This document shows positions 25,241 to 38,329 of a stretch of 64,000 nt of DNA, one piece after another (the stretch's first letter is position 1; each line of letters opens with the position of its first letter). The position numbers and the translations under genes are program-made. This DNA comes from Heterodontus francisci. Its lineage: Eukaryota. Under the pieces are notes generated by a model. It was given only the letters and a program-made list of their open reading frames with translations, ran no database searches and was not told the DNA's origin. Where the stretch lies: assembly GCF_036365525.1 (NCBI RefSeq), contig NC_090397.1, positions 44,718,893 through 44,782,892 on the forward strand, in the 5' to 3' direction.

Positions 25241-26170
25241 TATAGTGGTGAACCGTGGCTCAGTTGGTAACATGCTTGCCTCAGCCAGAAAGAAGGCTGT
25301 GGGCTCAAGTCCCGGGAGCTGAATTTTCCCGGCTCATTGGTGGTGGGCTGGGAGGCGGCAGAACTGGTAATATGGCCGGGGAAGGCATCAGGACAGGAGC
25401 CCGATGTCTTCCCGCCACCATGACATATCAAAGCAACAGCCAGAGAAGTCAAACGGCACCTAACTTGTAAGCAGCTGATGATCCCTTTAAATCGCGCTGG
25501 TGGGATGATCCCATTAAATAGTGCTGGTGGGATGATACTTCCTGCTGCTGCATGCGTGTTCAACTGTGTGAGGTTAGGAGAGGGTGTAAGCTGGAACGTT
25601 GAGCTCCAAAATGACAGCGCTGGTGTCAAACCAAAGTGATGTTATAATCTGGCTGCTCTGCACAATTCCAGCAGCCGTTCGCTGTTCATGCATTAATGCC
25701 TTCACCAATATGGCATCCGGTGTGACTTACCCAAAAGTGTGTACATACCGTACATACACCATCTTGGATACCAAATGGCACCTGTAGTGCCCAAACAATG
25801 CGCTACCAATAGAATTTTGTGTCCTTTTTATCTGAATAGAAATATGTAGTATGCACGTTTAAAGCAGAAAAACAATGAGCATGCTAGTAAATATAAATGT
25901 TGCACTATACTGTACGTAACTGAGGTAATGCATCACTTCCAGTTTAAGTAGGCAGGCTTAGTGACTGTCAGTAGTAAACACTGACGATTATGATTTCACA
26001 ACTGAACTGGCCACCTAGAGTACAGTATTAATATCCCTAGCAGCAAATAGCAGTTTGAGCACTAACTTCCCTGTTAGTCAGTGCTGGGATACTGACACAG
26101 CACAGCATTGCTTTACAATAGCTATAAAGCATTCTCTTATTTCACTGTTCGTGAAAGGTTTGTTTACACA

Positions 26171-26765
26171 ATGAACACTGCTGTTGCACTCTTTCTCCTT
26201 AATGTTGGAGTAATACTATGTACAGAGGTTCCTGTGGGATACAACAAAACTAGCAGATTCAAGAATCCAACAGAAAGAAAAGCAAATGGAGCCTGTGACA
26301 TCAAGCTGAAGCCCAGAGTGTGTGAAGATGATGAAGTCTGTGGCTATCAGGTAAACTTTCCGCCTCTCACCATTCAGCTACCCAAGCAGACAAAGCTCCT
26401 CGAAGAGACTGTCAAACAGGTAAAAAGTCTAAAAGTAACAGTAAATAAGCTGAAGAATAGGTGGCTGGAAGGAAAACAGAAAAAGCCCATCAGTCGTGAT
26501 CAAGCTACTGAAAGCATAGAAGACGGGAGAGAAAATGCCAACAGGATAACGGTGTTGGAGGAGAAAATTACCAAACTAGTAGCTTCATTACGGAATGCCA
26601 GAAACCAAATCAATGTGCTTCAGGGTCGTTTGGAAGAGATGAGTATTTTGAATATGGACACTGTTTTGCACTACATTGACAACGAGCTTTCAAATATTAA
26701 CTACACTGTGAATACGTTGAACAACAAGTGTTATACAACCTGTGCAGCTGTAGCTCAACCACTAG
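26171..26765 (+). CDS. FGL2: Fibrinogen-like protein 2 (fibroleukin), exon 1: signal peptide and coiled coil
   Basis: ATG at 26171 begins a hydrophobic signal peptide, MNTAVALFLLNVGVILC. CGYQVNFPPLTIQLPKQ matches recalled human CPYQVSLPPLTIQLPKQ. Phase-1 donor CTAG|GTAAG. Confidence 0.95.
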
Positions 26766-29223
26766 GTAAGTTAATCAGTGTATGTAATATAAAGTACAAA
26801 ATTATAAATAAGATGTTTTTATACAATTGAAACAATTTTTCCACTTTTATCAATTCTGTTTACACAAAGTCAAAATATCCAAGATTATTCAAGCTTTTAA
26901 ATTACTTTTTCCATTCCAAATAGATGTAAACTTGAAATGTTAGAATCATACTTTAATTGACACATTAAACAATGCAATACTTTGATTCAAGGAGCTTATC
27001 TGTATTACATATTGGAAAGCATTCTTACCTAATAAACAGTCAGTAGTAAGACTTCACAACTTGAAGCTTATTCAGGTTAAAATCCCACTAGTTTTTACAG
27101 TAATAGGAGAAATGTATATAAAATGTGATTTTTTTATTAAACAGTTATGATGTTGTCCATAGACTAAAATGTCCAATGTGACATACTTCCTAACCTTTAC
27201 TCCCTTTCACTTTTTAAGTAAAACTAGTTGGCTGGTTGTTCTTTCTGAATAATTAGGAAAGCATTGCCGAGCCTATTTTAGTAACTAAATTTAGAGCAGT
27301 CAGGAGTTCAATCCCCAAGGCTCTTGAAAAAGCATTAAATTAAAGTACTGCTTCACAATTTTGTGACAAAACATCATCGTGGAAACATGTAGATAGAATG
27401 ATAAACTCTTCAGTTATGGGAGTAGAAAAATTAAAATACTTTTTATATTAACTTCAACTACAGCTGATGGATTTCTTTTCTATAACTCACCTTCCACCAA
27501 AATATTATTTTAAACTACATTTGAACTCACATCAAACCACAGCAATTCGAGTCAAGTCAATTATCATAACCACACTGGAAAAACCAAGGTCTACATCTGC
27601 TCTGAGTAGTGCTGCAATTCTTTAAGATTCTCCCTGATCACTAACACTGGTAATAGTCATATATTTGAAAGAACAGTTAAAGCAAATTTAATATTACAGG
27701 AACAGAAAATATCGTAGGAAGACTAAACTCTTTATGCTCACAACTTCTTTAATCATAAACGACAATAAACTGGACTCCTACTAAGTAGTAGGAAGTTTCT
27801 TGCTAATCTTAAACAGTGAACTGATGGAAAATTAAATATTTCAATAGTGCATGCCTTAGCTAAAAATTGCATCAACTTGATTAATTTTAATGTTAGTTTT
27901 ATCGCAAACTCAGGCTTTTTTGTGGCTTTTATCACAGCAAGTATAAATTAAAAAGTAAATATTTTTGAATGTAAACAGTTTGCATATTATATTAGCATGT
28001 TATTTATTTTTACATTATAATTAAAAATAAAATTTCTGAAAAACACTGAGACAGGTTTTCTTTCTATGTAACTGACTTGCTCTAATCCCTAATTTTCATA
28101 CACTATACTTTTGCAATGCTGTGATCTTGAGGATGGTTACAGTGCTCTATGTCAAGGGTCAAGGATTAAGAATGTAAAAAACTAACAGATCTTAAGGCTC
28201 GATTTCAACTCAAGGCGGGATTCACGTGGACAAGAGGTGAGGCCTGGGAGATTGTAACTCCTGAGCTTCACCTGCATTGGTCCCACCCAAAACTGGCGGC
28301 AGGAGAAAAAATATAGTAAATTTGAAATAAAAGCACTTAAAAAGAAACAAATGATCGAGAAGGACTGGGCATGCACATTGCTTTTGATGAAGTTTTCTGT
28401 CCTGGTAGTTAACTGTAATGTTCAAACCTTTATTGTGAAGCATAATCATAACATTCTTTCTTTACAAATGGAATGCTTCCTTTTTAGATTAACTCTGAAA
28501 TGAAACTATTAATATTAAAGAATATCTTGAGGCACAGAAACTACCAAATTATTTCCATCACATCCTGTTAATATTTAATTGTGGAATCTACCTTTATTGG
28601 TTTTCCTATATGCAGGACTCCAGTTATTAAAGGGCCATCCTTATCACTAAAATGGCTAGCAAATTTTGTTCTGTTTGCAAGCATACAATATGATATTGCA
28701 AAATATTTTTAAGTGCATAACTTGCTTATCTCCCTCTGCAGTCAAATATTGTTTGTCAAACATGTTTTCTTGAATACTGTGCTCTATTAAAACCACAGAT
28801 ATAGGGAAGTAGTTAGTTAACATAACATATACCGTACAGATTAATTGCACAGTAGTAATTGTTAGGAAAAAAATTGAAAAAAAATTATGTTATTTGGCCC
28901 CATTTGTGTAATTCGTTTTTGCTTGCTTTCCAAATCATCTCACTGATTGGAAAGTAGAATTCCTACAATTTGAAACACAGAGAAAACACTGATCACTGTC
29001 AATTAAGACTTCTCTTAAGAATTTTCTAACATCTGACTGAGATCTGCTTGTTTAAAAACCATTCAAAATAAAACTTTTCCCTTTTCTAGTTGAATTATAT
29101 TTAATGTTGTGAAAGATTAACAATAATGTATACCTGTTAATTGTAAAACAGTTCAAGCTGGTCAGAATTCATCTTTTGGTACAAAAGGTGAGGTTAATGA
29201 CCTATTTCCATACTTACTTTCAG

Positions 29224-29927
29224 TGGTACAATGGATGCCTCAAGATTGCTCAGATCGTTACAAACTGGGATATCGGAAAAGTGGCATCTATGAAATTGCC
29301 AAAGGCTCTAACAAAAGCTTTTCAGTTTATTGTGATATGAAAACTCTGGAAGGCGGCTGGACAGTACTACAGTCTCGCAAAGACGGCAGTGTCAATTTTA
29401 ATCGCACCTGGGCAGATTACAAAAATGGTTTTGGGAATCTATCAACAGAATTTTGGCTGGGAAATGACAAAATACATCTATTGACAAAATCCAAGGACAT
29501 GATCTTGAGAATTGAAATTGAAGATTGGGATGGCATCCAAAAATATGCCACATACAATCAATTCTTCATTGCAGATGAAGATCACAATTATCGCCTGACT
29601 GTTACTGATTACTCTGGCACAGCTGGTGATGCACTGCATTACAGCAAGAATTACAACCATGATCAAAAATACTTTACCACCAAAGACAAAGATAATGATA
29701 ATTACCCTTCAGGTAACTGTGGGGCCTATTACAGCTCTGGTTGGTGGTTTGATGCTTGCATGTCTGCCAATCTCAATGGCAAATATTATAAAAAGAAGTA
29801 CAAGGGTATACGAAATGGTATTTTTTGGAGCACTTGGTACAATGCACCAGATGAAACTCTGAGTGGCTACCGCCATGCTTTTAAGTCAGTAAGAATGCTC
29901 ATCAGGCCTAAAGCATTTGTGCCATAG
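29224..29927 (+). CDS. FGL2: Fibrinogen-like protein 2, exon 2: fibrinogen C-terminal (FReD) domain
   Basis: Acceptor tactttcAG|TG in phase 1. Motifs YCDM..GGWTVLQ, EFWLGNDKIHLLTKSK, YPSGNCGAYYSSGWWFDACMSANLNGKYY and IRPKAFVP* match FGL2. Spliced CDS is 595+704 = 1299 nt, or 432 aa. Confidence 0.96.
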
Positions 29928-30004
29928 GTAGGTGGCAACAACAAAAGTTTCCAAAAGATTATAAAAATACTATTGGGAAACTTTCACTGTGCAACTTTTT
30001 TAAC

Positions 30005-30905
30005 AGCTTAACTTTAAAACATCATCTATAATACCAGTAACACCCACTCTAATTCTCCATCACTTTCCTCACCCCCACGACCACTTTCATGATGTCAGAC
30101 TACCTCTCTGAAATTAAGTCATGGGTGCGTTAAAATTTCCTCCAGCCAAACAATGGGAAGATTGAAGCCATCATTTTCAACCCTGCTAGAAACTCTACTC
30201 ATTTACCACCAACTCCAACCATATTGACTCAGGGAGAACCAGATTGTGCAAAACCTTAGTGTCCTGCTTGATCCAGAGATAAGCTTCAGACCCCATGTCT
30301 TTTTCATCACTGATTCTGCTTGCTTCCACCTCTGCCCTTACATCAGCTCCACTGTCACCAAAAACCTCTTGCATACTTTTGTCATCTCTAGAATTCAGTT
30401 CTTCATTGGCGCCTGGCTGATTTCCCATCCTCCAATTTACAATAACTACAACTCGTCAAAATGCCAGCCATTCATAGTCTGTTTCACACTAAATCCCAAT
30501 CACCTGTTATCCTGTCCTTGTTGATCTACATTGGTTTACTCTCCTCTAAAGTATTGAATTTTAAATCCTTGTACTCATTTTCAGATCCCTCCAAGGCCTT
30601 GCTCTGCCTTATAGCCTCTCCCATACCTTTCAGTCTTCTGACTGGCCTCCTGTGCATTCCCCGTCACTTTTCCCTAACACTGATGGCAGGTTCTTCGGCT
30701 GTCTCAGCCGTACTGTTTGGAACCCGTACTTTTAGATCTTACTCCCTGAACTCCACTATCGCTCCACTTGTCTCTAGACCTTTAAAAACCTTCTCAAAAC
30801 CCATCTTTTCAGCCAAGCTTTTGGTCACCCTTCCATGGCTCAGCATCTATTCCTTATACCTATGAAAAATGCCTTGGAACATTAAGTGTGATATCAGTGT
30901 AAGTT
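30005..30905 (+). mobile_element. Old L2 LINE 3' fragment just downstream of the FGL2 stop codon
   Basis: L2 RT-like pieces LSEIKSWVR*NFLQPNNGKIEAI, VQNLSVLLDPEISFRPH and LLHTFVISRI. Confidence 0.7.
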
Positions 30906-31692
30906 CTTGTAAACAGGAAAGAGAATATGCAAAAGAAATATGTATATGTGGGTGTAAAGTATTTCTACTGGTTATTAATGAGTGTAGTTGAGGTGCGACT
31001 GGCAGCATGCCAAACATTGAAATGAGGCCCAAGGCCCAATTTTGGGGATGCCTAGGGTATCCCAGTTGGGGCGCAGGCTGCCCAATACAGCTCTGAATCT
31101 AAGCGCATAAATGGGCCCAAATGAATTTCTACCCCCTCATCTTTTAAGAGCTAGATGGAGACAATTAGACATCTATTTTCTATTCCTTTTTTTGAGGAAT
31201 ATCAGGTAAACTTGAGTAAATCAAACAGGCTTTTCAGTGAAAAATAATTTTGAAAGAAATTTAGCAAGAATTAGCCTGAGATATACTGTAAATACTGATT
31301 AATCATTTCATAACTTCAACAGCATTCTGATTATAGCAGACAATAGAACTTTATTAGCTTTGAGCTATACCAATACATATTCAAATACATTCTTTAGCTT
31401 TAAGTATTTTTCTACTATAATGTCTTATGTTATTGAAATGCTCATCCAATGTGAACATATAATTTTCACAGATTATTCAGCAGTTTAATGGTAAGGTCAG
31501 AGAACTGTAAATACTGTACGTCTGCCTAATTATTAAAGGCATGCCACTGAAAGAATCAAAATAACAGCACTGTACAACACTGTTTTTGAAAGATGTATCA
31601 AAAGTTGAACAGTTCTCATTATGATGCATTTACCAGAAGCATTAAGACCTGTTACAAACTCCGTAAAATTGTTGAAAACAAATATGTCTATA

Positions 31693-31698
31693 AATAAA
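31693..31698 (+). terminator. Candidate FGL2 polyadenylation signal
   Basis: First canonical AATAAA I could find after the FGL2 stop, at the end of an AT-rich non-repeat stretch. No transcript evidence. Confidence 0.35.
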
Positions 31699-32440
31699 GC
31701 AAACAATGTACATTTAATTGTGCACGGTCTATTCCATTTACATCAATGTTATTTATGAGCAGTGAGTTCTCCAAGTATCCTAACCAAAATTCCTCCTTCA
31801 ACCAATACCATATTTTTTTTTTAAAAAGATAAACTGGTCTTTTGTCTTGTTTTCTTTGGGTTCATGATGCGTGCAAAATGGCTGCTACATTTGCCTATAT
31901 AAATCATTACATTGAAAAGTAATGAATGCATTTAAAGCACAGCGGGGTAGATGCAAAATTAAGTAGATTTGGGAAGGGGTAGGGAGATGTAGGGGCAAGG
32001 GATAAAGTTAAATTGTTGGAGATGGTCTTGCCAATGATTAAGAACACTGGAGGAGAAAAAACACAAAGGAAAACAAGGTCAAGGAGACAATTTCCAGTAA
32101 TTTTTTCTCATCTGCAATAAATTATAATGCTGTCCACACCTCTCCTCCCATAGATAAATGTATAGTCCTCTCCTGCAGTAATGAACTGGCCATGGCAGAG
32201 GGTAAAGCAAACTCTTACCTCCTCCCTCCCTCCAGCAAAGGTGAAAATCTGGGCTAGGTGGAGGGATTGGCAACTAGATATACTGAATTCTCTTTGTCCA
32301 CCCACCTTTGATTTTCTTTGGTGGAGTCTGCCAAGAGTTACGTAATTTGATGTTCAACTCCTTCTGCTGTAGCATTTGTTTTCAAATTCACTTGCTGAAA
32401 AGAAAATTGGTTGCCTGTCCCCCAATAACGTTGTTTTATC

Positions 32441-34106
32441 AGTCTTCAGCCAGAAGTGCTGACTGGATGATCCATCTCGGCCTCCTTCTGAAGTTACCAG
32501 CATCACAGATGCCAGTCTTCAGTCATTTCGATTCATTCCGTGTGATATCAAGAAATGACTGAAGGCACTGGATACTGCAAAGGCTATGGGCCCTGACAAC
32601 ATTCCGGCAATAGTACTGAAGACCTGTGCTCCGGAATGCGCTACGCCCCTAGCCAAGCTGTTCCAGTACAGCTACAACACTGGCATCTACCCGGCAACGT
32701 GGAAAATTGCCCATGTATGTCCTGTACACAAAAAGCAGGACAAATCCAACCCGGCCAATTACCACCCCATCAGTCCACTCTCAATCATCAGTAAAGTGAT
32801 GGAAGGTGTCAGCGACAGTGTTAACAAGCGACACTTGCTTAGCAATAACCTGCTCAGTGGCGGTCAGTTTGGGTTCCACCAGGGCCACTCAGCTCCTGAC
32901 CTCATTACAGCCTTGGTTCAAACATGGACAAACAAGCTGAACTCAAGAGGTGAGGTGAGAGTGACTGCCCTTGACATCAAAACAGCATTTGACTGAGTAT
33001 GGCATTAAGGAGCCCTAGCAAAACTGGAGTCAATGGGAATCAGAGGGAAAACACTCCGCTGGTTGGAGTCGTACCTAGCGCAGAGGAAGATGCTTGTGGT
33101 TGTTAGAGGTCAATCATCTCAGCTCCACAGCATCACTGTAGGAGTTCCTCGGGGTAGAGTCCTAGGCCCAACCATCTTCAGCTGCTTCATCAATGATCTT
33201 CCTTCAATCATAAGGTCAGAGGTGGGGATGTTCGCTGATGACTGCACAATGTTCTGCATCATTTGTGACTTCTCAGATACTGAAGCAGTTAGTATAGAAA
33301 TACAGCAAGACCTGGACAATATCCAGGCTTGGGCTGATAGGTGGCAAGTAACATTTGTGCCACACAATTGCCAGGCAACGACCATCTCCAACAAGCGAGA
33401 ATCAATCTATCTCCCCTTGACATTTAATGGCATTACAATCGCTGAATCCCCCACTGTCAACATCCCGGGGGTTACCACTGACCAGAAATTGAACTGGAGT
33501 AGTCATATAAATACCGTGGCTACAAGAGCAGGTCAGAGGCTAGGAATCCTGTGGCAAGTAACTCACCTCCTGACTCCCCAAAGCCTGTCCACCATCTACA
33601 AGACACAAGTCAGGAGTGTGATGGAATACTCTCCACTTGCCTGGATGGGTGCAGCTCCAACAACACTCAAGAAGCTCGACACCATCCAGGACAAAGCAGC
33701 CCGCTTGATTGGCACCCCATTCACAAACATTCACTCCCTTCACCACTGATGCACAGTGGCAGCAGAGTGTACCATCTACAAGATGCACTGCAGCAATGCA
33801 CCAATGTTCCTTAGATAGCACCTTCCAAACCCATGACCTCTACCACCTAGAAGGACAAGGGCAGCAGATGCATGGGAACACCACCACCTGCAAATGCCCC
33901 TCCAAGCCACACACCATCCTGACTTGGAACTACATCGCCAGTCCTTCACTGTCAATGGGTCAAAATCCTGGAACACCCTTCCTAACAGCACTGTGGGTGT
34001 ACCTACCCCATATGGACTGCAGCAGTTCTCGAGGGCAATTAGGGATGGGCAATAAATGCTGGCCTAGCCAGCAACGCGCACATCCCATGAACAAATAAAA
34101 AAAAAA
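32441..34106 (+). mobile_element. 5'-truncated copy of the tRNA-headed LINE (RT and 3' end)
   Basis: Motifs MGPDNIPAIVLKTCAPE, KSNPANYHPIS, ALDIKTAFD, GVPRGRVLGPTIF and MFADDC. The 3' end reads GGGCAATTAGGGATGGGCAATAAATGCTGG... followed by poly(A). Confidence 0.9.
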
Positions 34107-34589
34107 TCGTCACCCAACCCCCAACACAACCAACGAGATTGTTTGTTGATCCCAGCCCAGGAACAGAAAATGCTTGTCGGTCATCTCCAGAGTTTGCTTG
34201 CTGAAACCACTGATATGATTTACCAGCATCATCTTCTCTCCCCCACCATGATCATTTTCCAGCTTCATTTACAATTTTCTGGCGTTCCCCACCCCCATCC
34301 ACTCCTCTTCCATTTGTCCATCCTCTCCTCCCATTCCCCATCTCCTAAATCTCCTTCTCATTCCCCGTCTTCCCCTTATCTGCGCCCCACTGAAGTCAAT
34401 AGGAATAAAAATCAGGAGATGATGTAAGACATGCTGCTGGTTCATTATTACCCGTGTTATGCTATCACACAAAGTCAAAATGATCCCCAGGGAGTCCAGA
34501 CCAAGTGCAGTGCTCAGTTCAAGTAAAATTATCCCCCTATATGCATCACCACAGGACATCAACTAGTGTAAATATAGAAGGGAACTTAC

Positions 34590-34742
34590 TTCATCCAGGC
34601 ACTGAAAAGCAGGACTTGTAGTCACATCTGCAGGTTCCTCTTCTTGAAGGACTACTGGTGGGGCTACAGCGGTGATGGTTTCTTCCTCGTCTTCATCAAT
34701 CTCGTCTTCAGATGCATTAGGAGGATTTTCCTCTCCACTCAT
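34590..34742 (-). CDS. CCDC146: Coiled-coil domain-containing protein 146, first coding exon (exon spans 34590-34747)
   Basis: Minus strand ctccAG|GAGAA ATG... = MSGEENPPNASEDEIDEDEEETITAVAPPVVLQEEEPADVTTSPAFQCLDE|GTAAGT. The acidic N-terminus and SPAFQCLDE correspond to recalled human ...PIYAIVPTINIQDERFVDLSETPAFIFLHE. Confidence 0.9.
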
Positions 34743-37019
34743 TTCTCCTGGAGTATGAATATTTAAAAATGTATTATATAAAATATGGAAATCATATATG
34801 AACAGGAAATTGGGCGGGGTATATAATGGGTGACTGATCCGATATCATCTATTTACTCTTATCACCGAAAGTTAAAATTACTCCCAAGCGGCTGTGACCT
34901 CTTCATTTAGGACCCACACAAACAAGCTCAATCTTTTCCTGCCTTGATGCCAAGAGCGTATCCCTCTAATATCTCAGGAAAGTACCCAATTCTTTTTCAA
35001 AACCTGCCACAGAATTCCACTGACAGTCTATTCCATAAGTTAACAACTGCACTTTAAGTACTCACACTTTAAGATATATGTGGCAGGACAGAAGCAAATT
35101 ATTTGTGGAAGGCAGCAGACTGGGGTTGAATAGGAGGGTATAGGATGGAAATAGTTTTGCTTGATAACCCTTGGTGATCAGAACAGTATTTGTGCAGAAC
35201 TGACCCTCAGTAAATTAAACAGGTTAATTAATCTACCCAATAGGGTAGACTATACATCTTTGTAGAAGGTGTGGTATTGATGGGAAGAATGTCTGATTTC
35301 TAGTTTTTTATTTAAGTCATGGTTTGCTTGGGCTATAAATCATATTACTTATTGAATTACTTATCTGATTTGGCCAATCTGGAAAGAAATTAAACTGATT
35401 CAAACCAACAAGCCTATAATTCAGTGTGATTTATCTGATCTGGCCAGTACAGAGATTTTAAACATCTGAAGTAAAAACAGAAAATGCTAGAGAAACATTG
35501 CAGGTTGATCAGCATTGAATGAGAAAGAAAGATGGTGTAAGACAGGCTGCTGATTCGCTATCACCCGTGTTACTCTATTTTCAGTGTAACCCTTCATCAT
35601 AATGAGGGTGAAGAATAACATCTGAAACATCAACTTTTATTTCTCCTTCAGATGCTGATGTGATTTCAATATTTTGTCTTTTATTAGAGTTGCTAAATTA
35701 TTGTTCATTTATATTATATGGTATAACGTATTGGAAACGCCGGTCAGGCAAAATCCATTAAGAAAACGCTAGCATTTATTTGCCGTACTGGTTACGCCTA
35801 TAGGTATCACTGTAGTTGGCATTTACAGTATTAAATGCTTGTTACAGTAACATTAACTGAAAAGCTCATCAATAAGGCTGTGATGTGCCTAAGAGAGTGA
35901 GCATGCAGTCCCAGTACAAAGACACTGGCTACCAGCAATTGAATATGTCAGCAGTTCTCACAGTATCACAATTTGTGAATGAAAAGTAACTGTCCCCTTG
36001 AACTGAAAAATATTTGAGAAAAAAAAACCTAAAAGTATACTTTTTTAAAGTGGATTTGGTACTCACTTGTGCCTGAAACTGAAATTAGCTTTACCTAGCT
36101 GCAAGGCCCGATCAACACATTCTAACTTCCTCTCCAAGTTCAGGTCCCAATAGCAACAATTTTCTACAATTCTTACACCCTGCCCCTGGCAACAGAGATA
36201 TAAATTCCTGCAAGTTCAAGAACTTCTTCCATGCTATGGAAGGTGAAGCTGATGCAGACTGCTCCCTTGCTCCACTCAGATCCCCCACCCCGCCAAGACC
36301 TTTTTTATAGCCTTACCAACTGCAACAAATTTTCACTTCCTGATTACACCAACATCCTGAAAGATTTGCCCAACATGTAGTGCTCCAATTTTGAAAAGCC
36401 TGAACAGCAACACTGTAACACCTGTCTAGAACAGCAACACACTCTCTTCTACTGAGCAATGGTAAAGTGGGAGAAACCCTGCTTGTATTACCATTATAAC
36501 TTTCTGAGTATGAGACTTTATCAACTTTCCCAATATACATTCAGCAACAAAAATGAAACCAGGATGTGGGCAGGATCATGTCAGGTTTCTGACCTGTTGC
36601 CACTTTTCAAGGCTCTAACGCCCCCACCTACACCTGAATCCGCACCCCCTCCCTCCTCCCCCTGCAACCTTGGCAGTTTAAATTCTGCCCATTTTCAGGG
36701 TATCGGACATAGAAAGCAGCTTTAAGAAGCTCTCATTAAGTTCATTTCTTGCTAAGCAGCAAAAATGATTAAAAGATAAAGAGGAACAAAGCACTGAAAC
36801 AGGTGAAAACAAACAGGTGAAAACAAACACATCAACCACTGGCAGCAATCATCCCCTTTCAAGTGAAGGACCAAACACATGGATAGAGGCATGCCATGCA
36901 GTGCCATTTCATAAGGATGCCAAGTCTCTGGACTGCTGTTTAGAAAGAAAGAAAGACTTTCATTTATATGGCACCTTTCACAACCTCAGGACCTCCCAAA
37001 GCGCTTAACAGCTTTGAAC

Positions 37020-37340
37020 TGTGGTCGGGTTCGGGTCAGGTTGCACTTCTGGGTCCGGTATTCGGGCTCAGGTTGGGCATGGTCTATCACAGGTAAGTGG
37101 CTCCAATGTTAATTTAATTTTTGGACTAGAAAGGTGGTTTTGTTACAGTTATTTTAAGCTTGTGCAGATCAGCAACAAAGTGAAAAACGGAAGGTAAGGT
37201 AACTGATGGTGGGGTCGGGTCGAGTCGGGCACGGGAACAAGTAGAATGACTTGGGCTGGGTCATGCTCAGGTCGGATGTAGTTCTGTCAGGCTCGGTTCG
37301 GCTCGGGGCTTTTTTTTTGCAGACCCGAGCAGGCCTTTAT
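37020..37340 (-). repeat. Dispersed non-autonomous repeat rich in GGTCGGG/CCCGACC units (probable DNA-transposon MITE)
   Basis: Reverse-complement homologue of 55392-55735, e.g. GCAGACCCGAGCAGGCCTTTA vs TAAAGGCTGGCTCGGGTCTGC. Confidence 0.65.
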
Positions 37341-37546
37341 TGGCAAGGACACCATGTACAACTTTCCCATTCTTCTTCAGGATAATTCGATCATGGGAGC
37401 ATCCACTCCTGCAATATGTCCAAGTAACATTGGCGCTGAATCAGCATCATGTATGATGACTTTCTGACATTCACTGTGCACCAGCTGCTTAGCAGGCCTT
37501 AGCACCACATAATGCCAGATGCTAGCACCTAAGGCACTAATACAAT

Positions 37547-38113
37547 GGGCTTGATTTTCATCCCCCGACGGGACCAGGAACTGAGGCATGCAGGTGCAGA
37601 ATTTCATGCCGTCAGCCTGCATGCAGGTTCTTTTGCTCCATCTCGCCCCCAGGCTATTTTCCCAGAGGCAGGATGAGGGTGGGCAGGTGGACAATTATTC
37701 CAATTAAAGGTCTATTGAGGCCTGTTAACAGAGGTTCCCGGAGGTGGCAGGGGCCAGTTTAGCTATCAAGAGGTGGCCTCCTGGTGGCAGACTTGTGTGA
37801 GGGGGGCCAACGCTCCATGTAGGCTTACAGGCCCTCTTGCTTGCCTGGGTGCAGCAGCAGTCGTAGATCGCCCTGTAGATGGATTCCTCCACAAAAGTGA
37901 TGGCCTGTCTGCAAGGCCATTTTCAATTTAAAGTTTGGAAAAAGTTGAAGAGGGTGCCTCCAGCTTCGAAAGCCTGCTCAATCCCAATCTCTGGCAATTA
38001 ATTGGTCGCTCCAGGGAAAATCATTTGGAGTGACTGTTTCCCATGCAGTGCAGATTCTGATCCCCATTTGAGCCTGATGGCAGGGCTCAGAAGCCCGCTG
38101 GGAAAATCCTGTC
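37547..38113. mobile_element. Degenerate Harbinger-type MITE
   Basis: Ends GGGCTTGATTTT...AAAATCCTGTC, with a GC-rich interior resembling the MITEs at 20037 and 21774. Confidence 0.45.
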
Positions 38114-38329
38114 GAATGGGTGCTGAACTTTGCATCATCAGCCCCATTTGCTCGTATAAATGCAGGCATCCAAAAGTTGCTCATCACCCTAAGTGCATAC
38201 TGCCACCTGGTGGGATTTTACAGTAGTACAGTAATATAAATTGCATCAGAAAAAAATCTAATTCCATTATTTATGTTGCATAACTCACAGATACTTTCTG
38301 GTAAAATATTCAAGATGCTGCACAGTGGA

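Noticed and set aside
26108-26830. 240-aa ORF as a complete single-exon protein
   Set aside because: The real start is ATG 26171 (signal peptide) and the exon ends at the donor at 26765. The track's N- and C-terminal extensions are UTR and intron read-through.
29223-29927. Stand-alone 234-aa fibrinogen-domain gene starting at GTG
   Set aside because: The GTG overlaps the AG acceptor; this is FGL2 exon 2.
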